Shown: one piece after another, positions 11,648 through 22,807 of the stretch
Position numbering within the stretch: the first letter of the stretch is position 1
Layout: every line of letters begins with the position of its first letter
Source of the DNA: Candidatus Dojkabacteria bacterium
GTDB lineage: Bacteria; Patescibacteriota; Dojkabacteria; JAOAGR01
Assembly (NCBI GenBank): GCA_026415655.1
Contig: JAOAGR010000002.1
Coordinates: forward strand, 131,237-195,236
DNA: 64,000 nt
Direction: 5' to 3'
Position numbers and translations under genes: made by a program
The notes under the pieces: model-generated
The model's database searches: none
What the model saw: only the letters and a program-made list of their open reading frames with translations
What the model was told of the DNA's origin: nothing

Positions 11648-11886
11648 TTAAATACTTATCTTTCTCAAAATTTTATTCGTATTAGTATCTGAATTTTTTG
11701 GATTTTGATATCCAAAAGCAATAGCAAGTATTTATAATTTAGATTCAAGTTTTTACTACAATGTCAACCATCTTAGGGTAAATAGTAAATAATAGGTGAA
11801 GATTTTTAATAATCACACAATAAACTTGCAAAAAATTTCCTTTGTCAAAAGATTCTTGCCAGAGTTATAGATTAGTAGATTTGTAT

Positions 11887-12969
11887 TCATAATATACTTT
11901 GGGGCTCTAGATCGTATACAGTATTTTTAATTTTTCTGTATACAGTAATATATGCTTCCTTACCTAGTATTTCTAATTTAAATTTTCTTGTGAGTTGCCA
12001 TCCTGGTATTTTGAGAATTTTGGGATAGAGTAGAGTAATCATTTGTAAATTCGGGATATTATTAATTTTTTCAATAAGTTTTTCTTCAAAGTTCTCTGGT
12101 TGTAGATGCTTATCACCAAATGGTGGATTGGTAATAATTTTTTTTGTATAGCGTTTTGATGAAAAAAAATCTTCTGATCGTATGGATATTTTAGATTTAA
12201 GCTTTTCGTATATATGTATCTGTTTTAAATTACTTTTTGTTTTTTCTATAGCACTTTCATCTATATCACCAATTAACAGCTTCTTAAATTTGAAATGTAA
12301 TAAAATTTCGCAGGGGATCGTACCAGCACCTGCAAATGGATCCCATATTGTGTCTGTAGATCTAATATCACTTACATATGCCATAGCAAACGCAACTGAT
12401 GGACGGACTGAACCTAATATATTTTCGTGTTTATAAAATCTATGTCTCTTAGTCTTGTCAGTAAGTCTAAGAGTGATTATGAGTCTGTTTTTTACTAAAG
12501 TTATCCAAATTTCTTTATTATTTTCATCATCATTTATTTTTATTTTCGGTAATTTAGAATGAAAAAAGTTTTTGAGGCTTTCCTCTAAATCTATACGTCT
12601 AAAGTTATGGGGACTCCTTTTCCTTGTAATTATGCGAAAATTTAGAGATTTATCTGTAAAAATATTTTGGTCTAATATGAATTTTAAGTGACTAGCTATT
12701 TTTTCTTTATCAATTTTCTTAATTACATCTTTTAGTGAAAAATATTTACTAACATCTTTTATGTATTCAAGTACAAAAAATGCATCTTCTATTGAATTTA
12801 ATTCATCCCAGAATTTTTGAAATTTATCCCTCCAATCAATAATCAGAAGACCATTTCTTCTTGGTATATAACCTGATTGATCAAGTGAAAAGGATTTTTT
12901 ATATTTTTCTTCTAATTCTAACTTTGTAATTTTTTCAATTCCAATCTGGGTTTGTAATAAAAATTTCAT
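11887..12969 (-). CDS. THUMP-domain RNA m2G methyltransferase (TrmN/Trm14/RlmL-like)
   Basis: RPSVAFAM, WDPFAGAGTI (SAM motif I), ITNPPFG; start overlaps the thrS stop. Confidence 0.8.
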   Translation of the reverse strand: MKFLLQTQIGIEKITKLELEEKYKKSFSLDQSGYIPRRNGLLIIDWRDKFQKFWDELNSIEDAFFVLEYIKDVSKYFSLKDVIKKIDKEKIASHLKFILDQNIFTDKSLNFRIITRKRSPHNFRRIDLEESLKNFFHSKLPKIKINDDENNKEIWITLVKNRLIITLRLTDKTKRHRFYKHENILGSVRPSVAFAMAYVSDIRSTDTIWDPFAGAGTIPCEILLHFKFKKLLIGDIDESAIEKTKSNLKQIHIYEKLKSKISIRSEDFFSSKRYTKKIITNPPFGDKHLQPENFEEKLIEKINNIPNLQMITLLYPKILKIPGWQLTRKFKLEILGKEAYITVYRKIKNTVYDLEPQSIL

Positions 12970-14759
12970 TATAGTTTATTTTCATATTCATGTAGCATAC
13001 GACTAGCTATCTCATCCAATGTCATAAGACCAATATTGAGACCAGATCTAGTGCGAACAGATACTGCTTTACTCTCTGATTCCTTGTCACCAACTATAAA
13101 CATATATGGGATCTTTTGTTCCTGGGCTTTTCTTATTTTATTATTCATTGACTCATTGTCTACGTCTGCTTGTATTCTCAAACCTTTAGATTTTAAATAA
13201 TTTGCTACCTCTAGTGCATATTCGCTATGTTTTTCATTAGATACTGGAATAACCACACCCTGTATATACGAAAGCCATAAAGGAAAGTTTCCACCGACGT
13301 GTTCAATGTATACTGATAAAAATCTTTCTATAGAACCAAGAAGAGCTTTATGTATCATAACGGGAGTTTTTTCTTTTCCATCAGCATCAACATAAGAGAG
13401 TCCAAATCTAGATGGTTGTACAAAATCTAACTGTTGAGTTGCACATTGCCATTCTCGGCCTAAAGAATCTGTAACCATTATATCTATTTTCGGTCCATAA
13501 AACGCGGCTTCGCCAAGTGCAATAAAATAATCTAAACCAAGATTTTTAGCGACATTTTCTATCATCATTTCAGCGTTACGCCATGTTTCTTTATCTCCAA
13601 GATATTTATCTGGATTTTCAGGATCGTGGAATGAAAGCCTTGCTCTAAATGACATTCCCAGAGTCTGATATAATTTTTTTATCATCTGCATAATGTTGTT
13701 TATTTCATACTCGATCTGATCTACTCTACAAAACACGTGTCCGTCATCTTGAGTGAGAGATCTAACTCTTGATAATCCATGTAATTCACCAGCTTTTTCG
13801 TCACGATATACAGTTGTTGTCTCACAGTATCTTATTGGTAGTTCTCTATAACTGCGTATACGTGATGCGTATATCTGAGCATGATGTGGACAGTTCATCG
13901 GCTTTAACGCCATCTCAGTCTCTGTTTCTCTGCTTTGGACTATCATAAGCTCATGGCCAAATTTATCCCAATGTCCAGATGTTTTATAAAGATCTACTTT
14001 TGTAATATGAGGTATCCAAACCATTTCGAATCCCCCCTCCAGTTGTAGTTGTTCAGAATATCTTGCTAATTGATTTCTCAAATAAGTACCGCGTGGGGTA
14101 AAAAGTGGTAATCCCGGCCCAACAAGATCGGAAAAAGTGAATAGATCTAATTGTTTCCCTAATTTTCTATGATCTCGTTTTTTTGCTTCTTCTAATTTAT
14201 TTAGATAATCGTCTAGTTCTTCTTTTGTATCAAACGCTACTCCGTATATTCTTTGTAACATTGGTCTTTTTTCATCACCACGCCAATAAGCGCCTGCTAT
14301 GCTTGTTAGTTTGAATGAATGAGGCTCTATAACAGAAGTATCATCTACATGGGGACCCTTACATAGATCTGTAAATTCTCCTACAGTGTAAAAAGAAACT
14401 TTCTCTGCACCTCCATTAGCTAGGTCATTGACTAGCTCTAATTTAAATTTCTGATCCATTTTTAATAGGTATTCGGTGGCTTCTTCTATTGTCATTTCAG
14501 ATCTCTCAAAAGGATAATTTCGAGCCAGCAATGATCTCATTTCTTCTTCTAGCCTTACTAGATCGTTCTCTGATATGGGCTTATCTAAAAGGAAATCATA
14601 ATAAAATCCATTTTCTATAACAGGCCCAATACCTAGTTTGACATTATCTCGTCCAAATATCCTGATAACTGCATAGGCTAATATATGAGAGAGTGAATGT
14701 CGTTTTTTGTATATAAGATCTTGGTTTGGGGTATTTTGGGGATTTTTGTTTTCTGACAT
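12969..14759 (-). CDS. thrS: Threonine-tRNA ligase lacking the N-terminal TGS domain
   Basis: RHSLSH, DLCKGPH, RDHRKLG, KPMNCPHH, AFYGPKID, GSIERF. Confidence 0.97.
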   Translation of the reverse strand: MSENKNPQNTPNQDLIYKKRHSLSHILAYAVIRIFGRDNVKLGIGPVIENGFYYDFLLDKPISENDLVRLEEEMRSLLARNYPFERSEMTIEEATEYLLKMDQKFKLELVNDLANGGAEKVSFYTVGEFTDLCKGPHVDDTSVIEPHSFKLTSIAGAYWRGDEKRPMLQRIYGVAFDTKEELDDYLNKLEEAKKRDHRKLGKQLDLFTFSDLVGPGLPLFTPRGTYLRNQLARYSEQLQLEGGFEMVWIPHITKVDLYKTSGHWDKFGHELMIVQSRETETEMALKPMNCPHHAQIYASRIRSYRELPIRYCETTTVYRDEKAGELHGLSRVRSLTQDDGHVFCRVDQIEYEINNIMQMIKKLYQTLGMSFRARLSFHDPENPDKYLGDKETWRNAEMMIENVAKNLGLDYFIALGEAAFYGPKIDIMVTDSLGREWQCATQQLDFVQPSRFGLSYVDADGKEKTPVMIHKALLGSIERFLSVYIEHVGGNFPLWLSYIQGVVIPVSNEKHSEYALEVANYLKSKGLRIQADVDNESMNNKIRKAQEQKIPYMFIVGDKESESKAVSVRTRSGLNIGLMTLDEIASRMLHEYENKL

Positions 14760-14862
14760 AGTTATTAAAAATTGTATATTTACATAAATATATAGTCAAA
14801 TTTATATGTCTTGAAGTTATTCGAAATAAATATATAATTCTGAGGTTAAATTTTAATAACTT

Positions 14863-17800
14863 ATGGAAAATTCTAATTTTAGTAGCAAGCTGGCAAAAAT
14901 TTTTGTTAGCAATTTGCGATTTACATTTATTACTCTCATATTAATTGTTTTATTAGGAGTATATGCACTATTAAATCTTGTACCTACAGGGTTTCCACAG
15001 CCTAGAATTAATTTGATCAGTATAACAGCCACTTATCCAGGTGCTAATACTAATGTTGTATTGAACAATGTTACAATTCCTTTAGAAAGCGTTGTAACCA
15101 AATATTATTCCGATATAGATACATATTCATCAACTATTAACAATGGATTTACAAACATAATAGTAACACCTAAGTTTGGTGTAAATGCTGAAGAATTAAT
15201 TGCTAAGATTGAAAATGATGTGGAACAGCTTAACTTACCAGATGCAGTGGATGTTAGGGTTTCTAAGCCTGAGTTTCCTTCTGTAGATTTTGTGATCGCG
15301 ATTTTTTCTGAGAATAGGGAAGGTCTTTACATAAAATATAAAGAGTTTTTAAGACAAGCTAGATCAATGCCTGAAACTGATTTAGTAACTCCACAGGTGG
15401 ATCTAAAACAAATAGTTGATATTAGATTAGACGAATCAAAATTGAATCAGTATAGGATTAATGCTAATGACATAAAACAAGCAATATCAAATTACAAATT
15501 TAATATTCCTATAGCTCAAAATGTAACTATTGATAATTCTCAAACATCTTTTATTTTAGACAGTTCGGATATAGAAAATTTGGATCAATTGGCGAATGTT
15601 GTCATACGAACACAAAATAATCAGTTAGTAAGATTAAATGAAATCAGTGATATTACATATAAATATGTTTTTACAAATAGTGAATTTGCAAGTCTTGCTT
15701 TTGATGATAATCCAACATATTTTGGCTTTGTTCAAGGTGGCAAAAATTTAACAAAAGAATCAATACTTTTAAATTATTTCGCGGCTGAAGGAAACTCCAT
15801 AGAAGATGTACAAAATAAGATATCAAATTTACTTAAAGATTTAGGTATATCGAAAGTAGATCAAAACGAAGATATTTCTAATCAGAAAATTTATTTTGAA
15901 ATTCCATATTCAGCAAGTACTGTTTCTAAAAAGCAGATTGATGAAGTTGTAAATGGTCTTTTGCAGGGTGCGATTCTGGTTTTTTTGGTGATGTTCGTTT
16001 TTGTTTCTTGGAGAGCGGCAATTATTGCAACTTTTGGTATACCGATAAGCTTGATTTTTGCTTTAATTTACATATTTTTCACAGGTGATGAGTTGAATAC
16101 GTTGGTACTATTCTCTTTAGTATTGGTTGTTGGGTTAGTTGTAGACCCGGCATTGGTTATGTTAGAAGTTTTGCAGAGAAAGTTAGATTCGGGATTGAGC
16201 AAATTACAAGTAGTCATAGAATCAATAAAAGAGGTCGGCGATGGTCTTCTGGCATCAACAATAACGAATATAATAGTTTTTGTTCCATTTGCTGTTGTTT
16301 CTGGTGTGCTTGGTCAGATCTTTGGTTATATTCCTAAAACAATAATACCAGCAATTGTTGGCTCTTATGTTGTTTCAGTAGTATTTCTAGCAATATTTGG
16401 TGGAATGTTTCTTGCTAAACGCAGAAAGAAACAAAATGAACAAGTTGAGGACGAAGAATATGCGGCAATATGGCCAATTTCTAAAAAAATCGAAGCAATA
16501 AATAAATTTATTTTAAATTATCATAACAAAATTAAGAATAAATTTTTGGCAGGTTTGATACAAATTACAATCGTAATAGCTTCTATCATTGTGCCTCTAG
16601 CAATCGTGGGATATCTTTTTGGAACCGGTCAACTTAGATCAACCCAATTTGCTCAAAATAAAACTGGATCAACATTGAATATACTTTTAGAAAAACGTTC
16701 GGATATATCACCTGCAGAAATAAATCAATTCACCAAGCAAACTATAGAATTTATAGTAAGTACTGGTTTATTTGATAATGTAACGCCATTTAGTACACAG
16801 ATGATCGCATCACTCAAAAAAGATTATCAAAATACTGCACTAGAAAAGGCTCAGGATCTGAGAGAACTTCTTGTAAATAAATTTGGTGACAAATATCTTG
16901 ATATAAATGTCGTAGTAGGTGGGGGAGCTAATACAACAAATAGTTATCAAGTTAATCTTGCAATAAGATCAGATGATAATCAAAAGTTAATCGAATCATC
17001 AAGAATATTTGCGGAAAATATAAGGAAAAATCTTTGTCAAGATAATAAAAGCTTATACTGGGATGAAAATTGTGATGAACAAAATAGAGTAATTGAAAAA
17101 GTAGACAATGGGATCGATGGAAGATTACAAAATCAGATAAAGATTACTCTTGATATACAAAAAATATTAGAAAATAATCTAAGTATACCTGGTACTCCAG
17201 TATTTAGTCTTGTATTATCACAGTTACAAAGTCAATTTCCCAAATCTCGAATTACTAGTGTTTCTAATTTAAATAATATTAATGAAACAAAGGTATATAC
17301 GACTATTAATTTGGACGCAGATGTAAATTTGAAAACATTGGATGATGTCAAGAATATAAACATTGTCTCTCCACAAGGTGCTGTTTTAAAGTTAAGTGAT
17401 ATCGCAAATATCGAATTATCACAAATAAATCAGACCATAACTCGTTTTGAGGGCAAAACAGCTAATCGTATTAAAATAAGGCTAAAAGAAGAATTTAGGT
17501 TAGATCAGGCTTATGCATCTAGAGTGGCAAACTTTATTTTTCAGACATATGCAAAAGATAATTATAAATTGACAAAAGAATTGGGACTAGCAAATGAAGC
17601 AATCTACATCGATCGATCCGGTGCTAGCGCAGAATTTGTCAGAGGATTTACCGAACTTTTGACGGCTTTTGCATTAAGTATATTTTTGATATACGCAGTT
17701 TTAGTTGTTCTTTTCAAATCATTTTCTATGCCTGTTGTAGTTATATTTACTATTCCACTTTCATTTATTGGTGCATTTTTAGGAATAAAATATTTTGTTG

Positions 17801-18171
17801 GTCCAGAATTCGGATTTTTGGAAATTATAGGGCTTATTATACTTGTTGGTATAGTTGTAAACGTAGCTATATACATGATTGACCTAGCAAATCAAAAAGT
17901 AAAAGAAAATGGATGGGATGATAAAAAAGCAATTATCTATGCTTCTGCTGTGAGATTTAGACCAATATTTCTTACCACATTTACATCCATTACATCATTG
18001 ATACCTTTGTATATTAATAGTGATTTTTACAAATCTATCTCAGCAGTCATCATTGGAGGCTTATTTACTTCTACTATCATATCTCTTTTTGTTGTACCTG
18101 TGTTATATGTTTTGATCAATAAGTTGCGTAAAAAAATTCACAGGATATTTCATAGGTTTTCTTTAAGTTAA
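14863..18171 (+). CDS. RND-family (AcrB-like) transporter permease, standalone
   Basis: 1102 aa with 1+5 TM repeated twice and two large extracytoplasmic loops; ATYPGA, GLVVDPA, RFRPIFLT, IIGGLFTST. Confidence 0.9.
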   Translation: MENSNFSSKLAKIFVSNLRFTFITLILIVLLGVYALLNLVPTGFPQPRINLISITATYPGANTNVVLNNVTIPLESVVTKYYSDIDTYSSTINNGFTNIIVTPKFGVNAEELIAKIENDVEQLNLPDAVDVRVSKPEFPSVDFVIAIFSENREGLYIKYKEFLRQARSMPETDLVTPQVDLKQIVDIRLDESKLNQYRINANDIKQAISNYKFNIPIAQNVTIDNSQTSFILDSSDIENLDQLANVVIRTQNNQLVRLNEISDITYKYVFTNSEFASLAFDDNPTYFGFVQGGKNLTKESILLNYFAAEGNSIEDVQNKISNLLKDLGISKVDQNEDISNQKIYFEIPYSASTVSKKQIDEVVNGLLQGAILVFLVMFVFVSWRAAIIATFGIPISLIFALIYIFFTGDELNTLVLFSLVLVVGLVVDPALVMLEVLQRKLDSGLSKLQVVIESIKEVGDGLLASTITNIIVFVPFAVVSGVLGQIFGYIPKTIIPAIVGSYVVSVVFLAIFGGMFLAKRRKKQNEQVEDEEYAAIWPISKKIEAINKFILNYHNKIKNKFLAGLIQITIVIASIIVPLAIVGYLFGTGQLRSTQFAQNKTGSTLNILLEKRSDISPAEINQFTKQTIEFIVSTGLFDNVTPFSTQMIASLKKDYQNTALEKAQDLRELLVNKFGDKYLDINVVVGGGANTTNSYQVNLAIRSDDNQKLIESSRIFAENIRKNLCQDNKSLYWDENCDEQNRVIEKVDNGIDGRLQNQIKITLDIQKILENNLSIPGTPVFSLVLSQLQSQFPKSRITSVSNLNNINETKVYTTINLDADVNLKTLDDVKNINIVSPQGAVLKLSDIANIELSQINQTITRFEGKTANRIKIRLKEEFRLDQAYASRVANFIFQTYAKDNYKLTKELGLANEAIYIDRSGASAEFVRGFTELLTAFALSIFLIYAVLVVLFKSFSMPVVVIFTIPLSFIGAFLGIKYFVGPEFGFLEIIGLIILVGIVVNVAIYMIDLANQKVKENGWDDKKAIIYASAVRFRPIFLTTFTSITSLIPLYINSDFYKSISAVIIGGLFTSTIISLFVVPVLYVLINKLRKKIHRIFHRFSLS

Positions 18172-18585
18172 TTTAATTAGACAACGTAATAAAAAGTTTT
18201 TTGTATTTGTATTTTGAGACTTAAGCACAAATAGCGATGTTGTACATTATGTTAGGCAATCAACTCATGATATTATGGTTTACTTATAAATATATTTGCA
18301 TTTCAATTTCTAAAAGTAGACAATAAACTTGCATACGATATCAAAATAAATTAATTGTAATCATCATATTCGATCGTTTGATATTGTATTTGTATTTTTA
18401 TAAAACAGTATTGTGACGGAATTGTGAATAATTAGTAAAAAATGAACATGCTAAATTTAGTTAGAACACGGTAAAAAATGGATTATTATTTTATTACAAC
18501 AAAATACGACATTTTATTTCATTACTTCATAAGTCCGATTCAAGGCAAAAAATTGATTACTGAATTTGACGATTAAAGATCTATA

Positions 18586-19833
18586 TTATTCGTATCTTAA
18601 GGCATCAATCGGATTTAATTTGCTTGCTTTAATTGCTGGTAGCGTCCCGGCTAAAAATCCTATGATCATCATGAATGCATTAATTAGCAAAAGGAGTTGA
18701 ATATCAAAAACAAAAACTTGAAAGCCTTCTAGAGTTGTTTTGAATGTATTTACAAATAAAGAATTTAAACCATTACCTATTAGGATGCCCATAAAAATCC
18801 CCAATATACCACCCCATAATCCCAGTAAAATCGCTTCTATAGCGAATAATAAAAATATTTCAAAACTTGTCATACCAAGAGTTTTTAAGAGACCAATTTC
18901 ACGAGTTCTTTCGTATACACCCATTAGTATTGTATTTATGATGCCTATACTGCCAGCGATAATAACAATGAGAGCAAATGCATTCAAAATTAACTTTAGT
19001 ATATTTAGTACATTTCTAATTTCATTTACTGCTTCATCCCACGTTACTCCATTAAACCCTAGTTTTTTAAGCTCTTCTTTGGTATTTTTCATTGATTCTT
19101 CATCGTTTTTTTCAAGAATTCCAATAAGTTCAAAATTTCTTTTGTTATCACCATATAATTCCTCAGATAATTCTGTTATTTCTTGATAACTTAGTCTTGT
19201 TATACCTCCTGTCAATGAATTTATTAGGACACCTGAGATTTCATATTCTTTCTCAAAAATGTTGTTATCTTGTTTTTTATATCCGATTTTAATTTTTTTA
19301 CCTACAGCTTCTGATGCATTTGTAAAACCTAGAGGTGATAAATAATTGTAAGATAAAAGTATTTTGTCTTTTTCATCAGCTGAGGGAGTTTTGCCTGCAG
19401 CTAGAGGGATCTGTACCTCATCGATGATAGAACCTACAAGCTGTATTTCATATTTTTCGTTTGTGTTTTTATAAATATACTCTGGAAATAAATTATAAAG
19501 TTTATAGACTTTTTTGATATTTTTTATATTCTGAATTTTTTCTATATCTTCATCTAAAGTTTGTGATCTTGTTCTGTTGACTTTATTTTCAGGGTCGTAT
19601 TTTTTAACTTCAAGTGGATTGTTAGTAACCGTGATTGGTGTGATTCGTATTGTATTTTGTGAATTAATAGAATTCACCTGTGCGTTGACATAAGTTTGAA
19701 TCCCATCACTTAAAGCATTTGTTAAAGTCAATGTTAGAGTGCCTATCGATAAAGCCAATATCGTAAGGAAGCTTCGGAGTGGTGCTCTAAGCATGTTTTG
19801 TTGAGAAAGTTTTATTATATCTATTATTTTCAT
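18586..19833 (-). CDS. ABC transporter permease, MacB/FtsX/LolCE family
   Basis: LRSFLTILALSIG, large periplasmic loop, ERTREIGLLKTLG, PAIKASKLNPIDALRYE. Confidence 0.93.
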   Translation of the reverse strand: MKIIDIIKLSQQNMLRAPLRSFLTILALSIGTLTLTLTNALSDGIQTYVNAQVNSINSQNTIRITPITVTNNPLEVKKYDPENKVNRTRSQTLDEDIEKIQNIKNIKKVYKLYNLFPEYIYKNTNEKYEIQLVGSIIDEVQIPLAAGKTPSADEKDKILLSYNYLSPLGFTNASEAVGKKIKIGYKKQDNNIFEKEYEISGVLINSLTGGITRLSYQEITELSEELYGDNKRNFELIGILEKNDEESMKNTKEELKKLGFNGVTWDEAVNEIRNVLNILKLILNAFALIVIIAGSIGIINTILMGVYERTREIGLLKTLGMTSFEIFLLFAIEAILLGLWGGILGIFMGILIGNGLNSLFVNTFKTTLEGFQVFVFDIQLLLLINAFMMIIGFLAGTLPAIKASKLNPIDALRYE

Positions 19834-20498
19834 GATCTTTCGATTATTCCGTTTTTTATTTTTAATATAACATCACATTTATTTGCAATATCAAAATCAT
19901 GAGTGACAATAATAAGTATAGTTTTATGTTTTCTATGTAATTCAAAAAGTAGATTAATGATTTTTTCGCCGTTTTCAGAATCAAGGTTGCCTGTTGGTTC
20001 ATCGGCAAATATTATTTCGGGCTCTGTAATGAGCGCGCGAGCTATAGCAACGCGTTGTTTTTGTCCCCCAGACAAATTTATCGCTTTTTGATCCATCTGT
20101 TCTGTCAAATTCACTTCTTTTATTATTTTTCTAGATTTTTTATCAATTTCTTTATAAGATTCCCCCCTAATGATTAAAGGTAGCTCGATGTTTTCTTTTA
20201 CAGTCTTATTTGGCAAAAGAAAAAACTGTTGAAATATGAATCCAATTTTATGATTTCTTAACTGTGCACGTTTATTTTCAGGATATAAACCGATATTTTG
20301 ATTATTGTAAAAAATTTTACCTTCTGTCGGAGTATCTAAACCAGCCATGATATGCATAAGAGTAGATTTTCCAGAACCAGATTTACCGACAATCCCATAG
20401 GATTTACCTTTTTCAAAAGTGTAATTTATGTTTTTTAGTACTTGAATGGAGTTTTTACCATCTTTATAAGATTTATAGATATTAGTTAGTTTTATCAT
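19830..20498 (-). CDS. ABC transporter ATP-binding subunit, LolD/MacB type
   Basis: [37 protein letters not shown]. Start refined to ATG 20498, 6 nt after TATAAT. Confidence 0.94.
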   Translation of the reverse strand: MIKLTNIYKSYKDGKNSIQVLKNINYTFEKGKSYGIVGKSGSGKSTLMHIMAGLDTPTEGKIFYNNQNIGLYPENKRAQLRNHKIGFIFQQFFLLPNKTVKENIELPLIIRGESYKEIDKKSRKIIKEVNLTEQMDQKAINLSGGQKQRVAIARALITEPEIIFADEPTGNLDSENGEKIINLLFELHRKHKTILIIVTHDFDIANKCDVILKIKNGIIERS

Positions 20499-20532
20499 TG
20501 AGACATTATATAGCATTTATTCCATTCATACA

Positions 20533-20561
20533 TTGACGGAATTTGCTTAAATAAGTAAGAT
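20533..20561 (+). promoter_or_regulatory. Sigma70-type promoter directly before a start codon
   Basis: TTGACG-17 nt-TAAGAT, 6 nt before ATG 20568. Confidence 0.7.
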
Positions 20562-20567
20562 TTTTAT

Positions 20568-22778
20568 ATGTATAAAAATATTAGATTTTTCAAAAAATTT
20601 AAAAATATTTTTAACTCATTAAACCATAAAGCCTTTTTAATTTTTGTTTTATTGATAATTATTGTTTTGACTGCTACAACTGTGATATTTTTTGCTCGAG
20701 GTAAACAGTATACATATCATACAATTCCACCTATGCAAGACAAAGATAAGAATTTATCCGGTAATGACATGGATAACATAGATAACAATCGTAATAGTGA
20801 AGAGAATCAGCTAAAAAAAGAATTAGAAAAAAAGTTTATAGAAAAATTTGAAACTTATACTGGGTTAGATTGGGAGAAATACTATAAATTTTTGTCCAAT
20901 ACATCTTATATGCTTATAAATTCTTATTTATTTACGGGGGCAGGTGTGTTTCAAGATTCCGATTATACTAATGAAATTATTAGATTATTAAATTATCGTG
21001 ATTCTATTCATGATTATTTCGCACTAAAAAAAACTAATTCAAATCAATTTCGTTATACAAGTTGTAAATTGGAAAGTGTTGATAGGTTAACGATATTGGA
21101 TATGCCGGTTAAAGATTATAATTATTTGTTAAATTATGCACATAATGTTCCTTATATTAATGATTTTAAGGAAGGACTCGAAACAGACTATGCATCCTCA
21201 AATAAATTAGAGCAAATTTTAGGTTCTAATGCTAATTTCAAAGTATTGTCTGGAGTTAATAATTCAATTAATTATGCAAAAGCTGTTTTGTATTCTCTAG
21301 ATTCAACTCAAAGATATACTGTTAATTCAATCAATTTTTATGGTTCAACATATGATCCTTTTAGTGTGAATTATACGGTCGATAAGTATGTGGATGGCCA
21401 TTTTGAGGCTGCGGAATTTTTTAGAGGTAATTATTATTTTTGGTTTAATAGTCCAGAATTAAAATTTGAAATTCAGGATAATAATTATGTACTGATTTAC
21501 GATAAGAATGAAGACTTTTTAAAGGTAAATTACATCTTTGATAGTAATTTTGATCTGAAACAAGTGAATTTAATTGTGCAAAATTCAAACGATCGAGATG
21601 AAAGAATAATTATGTCGGTATCCTGTAATCATGATGTAGTCTCGTTTGATGAAATAAAGACAAAATTTAACCAGATATATTCACAGCTGGAAAATCAGAC
21701 CAATTTCAGATCATATAATTTTGATAATCTTGATGAGGTCAAATATTATAATTTGTCTGAGGTAGTATCAGAATTTCCATTTATTTCAATTAATGATAAT
21801 CCGTTTTTATATCAATTTAATAAAAATAATACCAAGTATGATAAATATTTAGGGGACATTTATAATATACAACTTAAAGGATCGAGAATAAGTCCAATAA
21901 AAATTTCAGAGTCTTCTTCTTTGTATATAAATTCAATAGATTATTCCATATCGTACAACCCAAATGGTGTTGGTTTAATGAACAGTTGTGGTACTTATAC
22001 GTTGTTTTTGGAAGGTTTCGGGAATATAGAGTTGGAATGTAACAAGTTGCATATAGAATTAAGTGAAGAATATAAAAATAGATTGATTAGTGAAAATAAA
22101 AGTTTTCATAGTTATAGGATTAAAACTGATATAAGTAAGAGATTTGGATACCAACCTGCCAATATATACATATACCCAAAATCATATGAAGCTCAAAAGA
22201 AATTAGAAGAAAGAAAGATAAGGTTAAAATTATTAAATACAAATGAGGTTAAAAATTTGGATGAAAAATATAGAAATATAATAATTCATCTATACAATGC
22301 AAATAGAAATCTAGTTTTTAATAATATATCTAAGGAAGAATTAAGGACGAATGTAATATTAAAAAATGATTTTAATACATCCTTTAGTAAACTTTTGGAA
22401 CCTAATGATAAACAAAAAAACTGCTATGCATTTTTTGATAATGTAAATAAATTTGATGTAAAATTGTTTAATGTATTAGAAATTCAAGATATTGAAAGAT
22501 ATTTTCTAAAGTGTGCAACGGGTATATCTAATGGTTATCAAATGATATTACAATATAAAGACAATGATGAGGATTTTTTTGATGTATATGTTATTTACTC
22601 AAATGAATACGTAGAAAAAATTGTCAATTTTTATGTAAATTCTGATTTATACAAAAAAGACCAAAAAATAAGGGGAATGCAATATAAGAAACTTGGTGAT
22701 ATGTATATATTTATATACAGCGACAAAGCAAAAGAAAAGGTAACTGAGGTGTTAAATGATATTCAATTAGTAGAATAG
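20568..22778 (+). CDS. Membrane-anchored protein, paralog of the downstream putative anti-sigma ectodomain
   Basis: N-terminal TM; colinear similarity blocks with 23301..25949 (e.g. FETYTGLDWEKYYK vs FKQLYGIEYDDYVK). Confidence 0.75.
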   Translation: MYKNIRFFKKFKNIFNSLNHKAFLIFVLLIIIVLTATTVIFFARGKQYTYHTIPPMQDKDKNLSGNDMDNIDNNRNSEENQLKKELEKKFIEKFETYTGLDWEKYYKFLSNTSYMLINSYLFTGAGVFQDSDYTNEIIRLLNYRDSIHDYFALKKTNSNQFRYTSCKLESVDRLTILDMPVKDYNYLLNYAHNVPYINDFKEGLETDYASSNKLEQILGSNANFKVLSGVNNSINYAKAVLYSLDSTQRYTVNSINFYGSTYDPFSVNYTVDKYVDGHFEAAEFFRGNYYFWFNSPELKFEIQDNNYVLIYDKNEDFLKVNYIFDSNFDLKQVNLIVQNSNDRDERIIMSVSCNHDVVSFDEIKTKFNQIYSQLENQTNFRSYNFDNLDEVKYYNLSEVVSEFPFISINDNPFLYQFNKNNTKYDKYLGDIYNIQLKGSRISPIKISESSSLYINSIDYSISYNPNGVGLMNSCGTYTLFLEGFGNIELECNKLHIELSEEYKNRLISENKSFHSYRIKTDISKRFGYQPANIYIYPKSYEAQKKLEERKIRLKLLNTNEVKNLDEKYRNIIIHLYNANRNLVFNNISKEELRTNVILKNDFNTSFSKLLEPNDKQKNCYAFFDNVNKFDVKLFNVLEIQDIERYFLKCATGISNGYQMILQYKDNDEDFFDVYVIYSNEYVEKIVNFYVNSDLYKKDQKIRGMQYKKLGDMYIFIYSDKAKEKVTEVLNDIQLVE

Positions 22779-22807
22779 TATAGTTATGAATGTAATTTGA
22801 TTGGATA

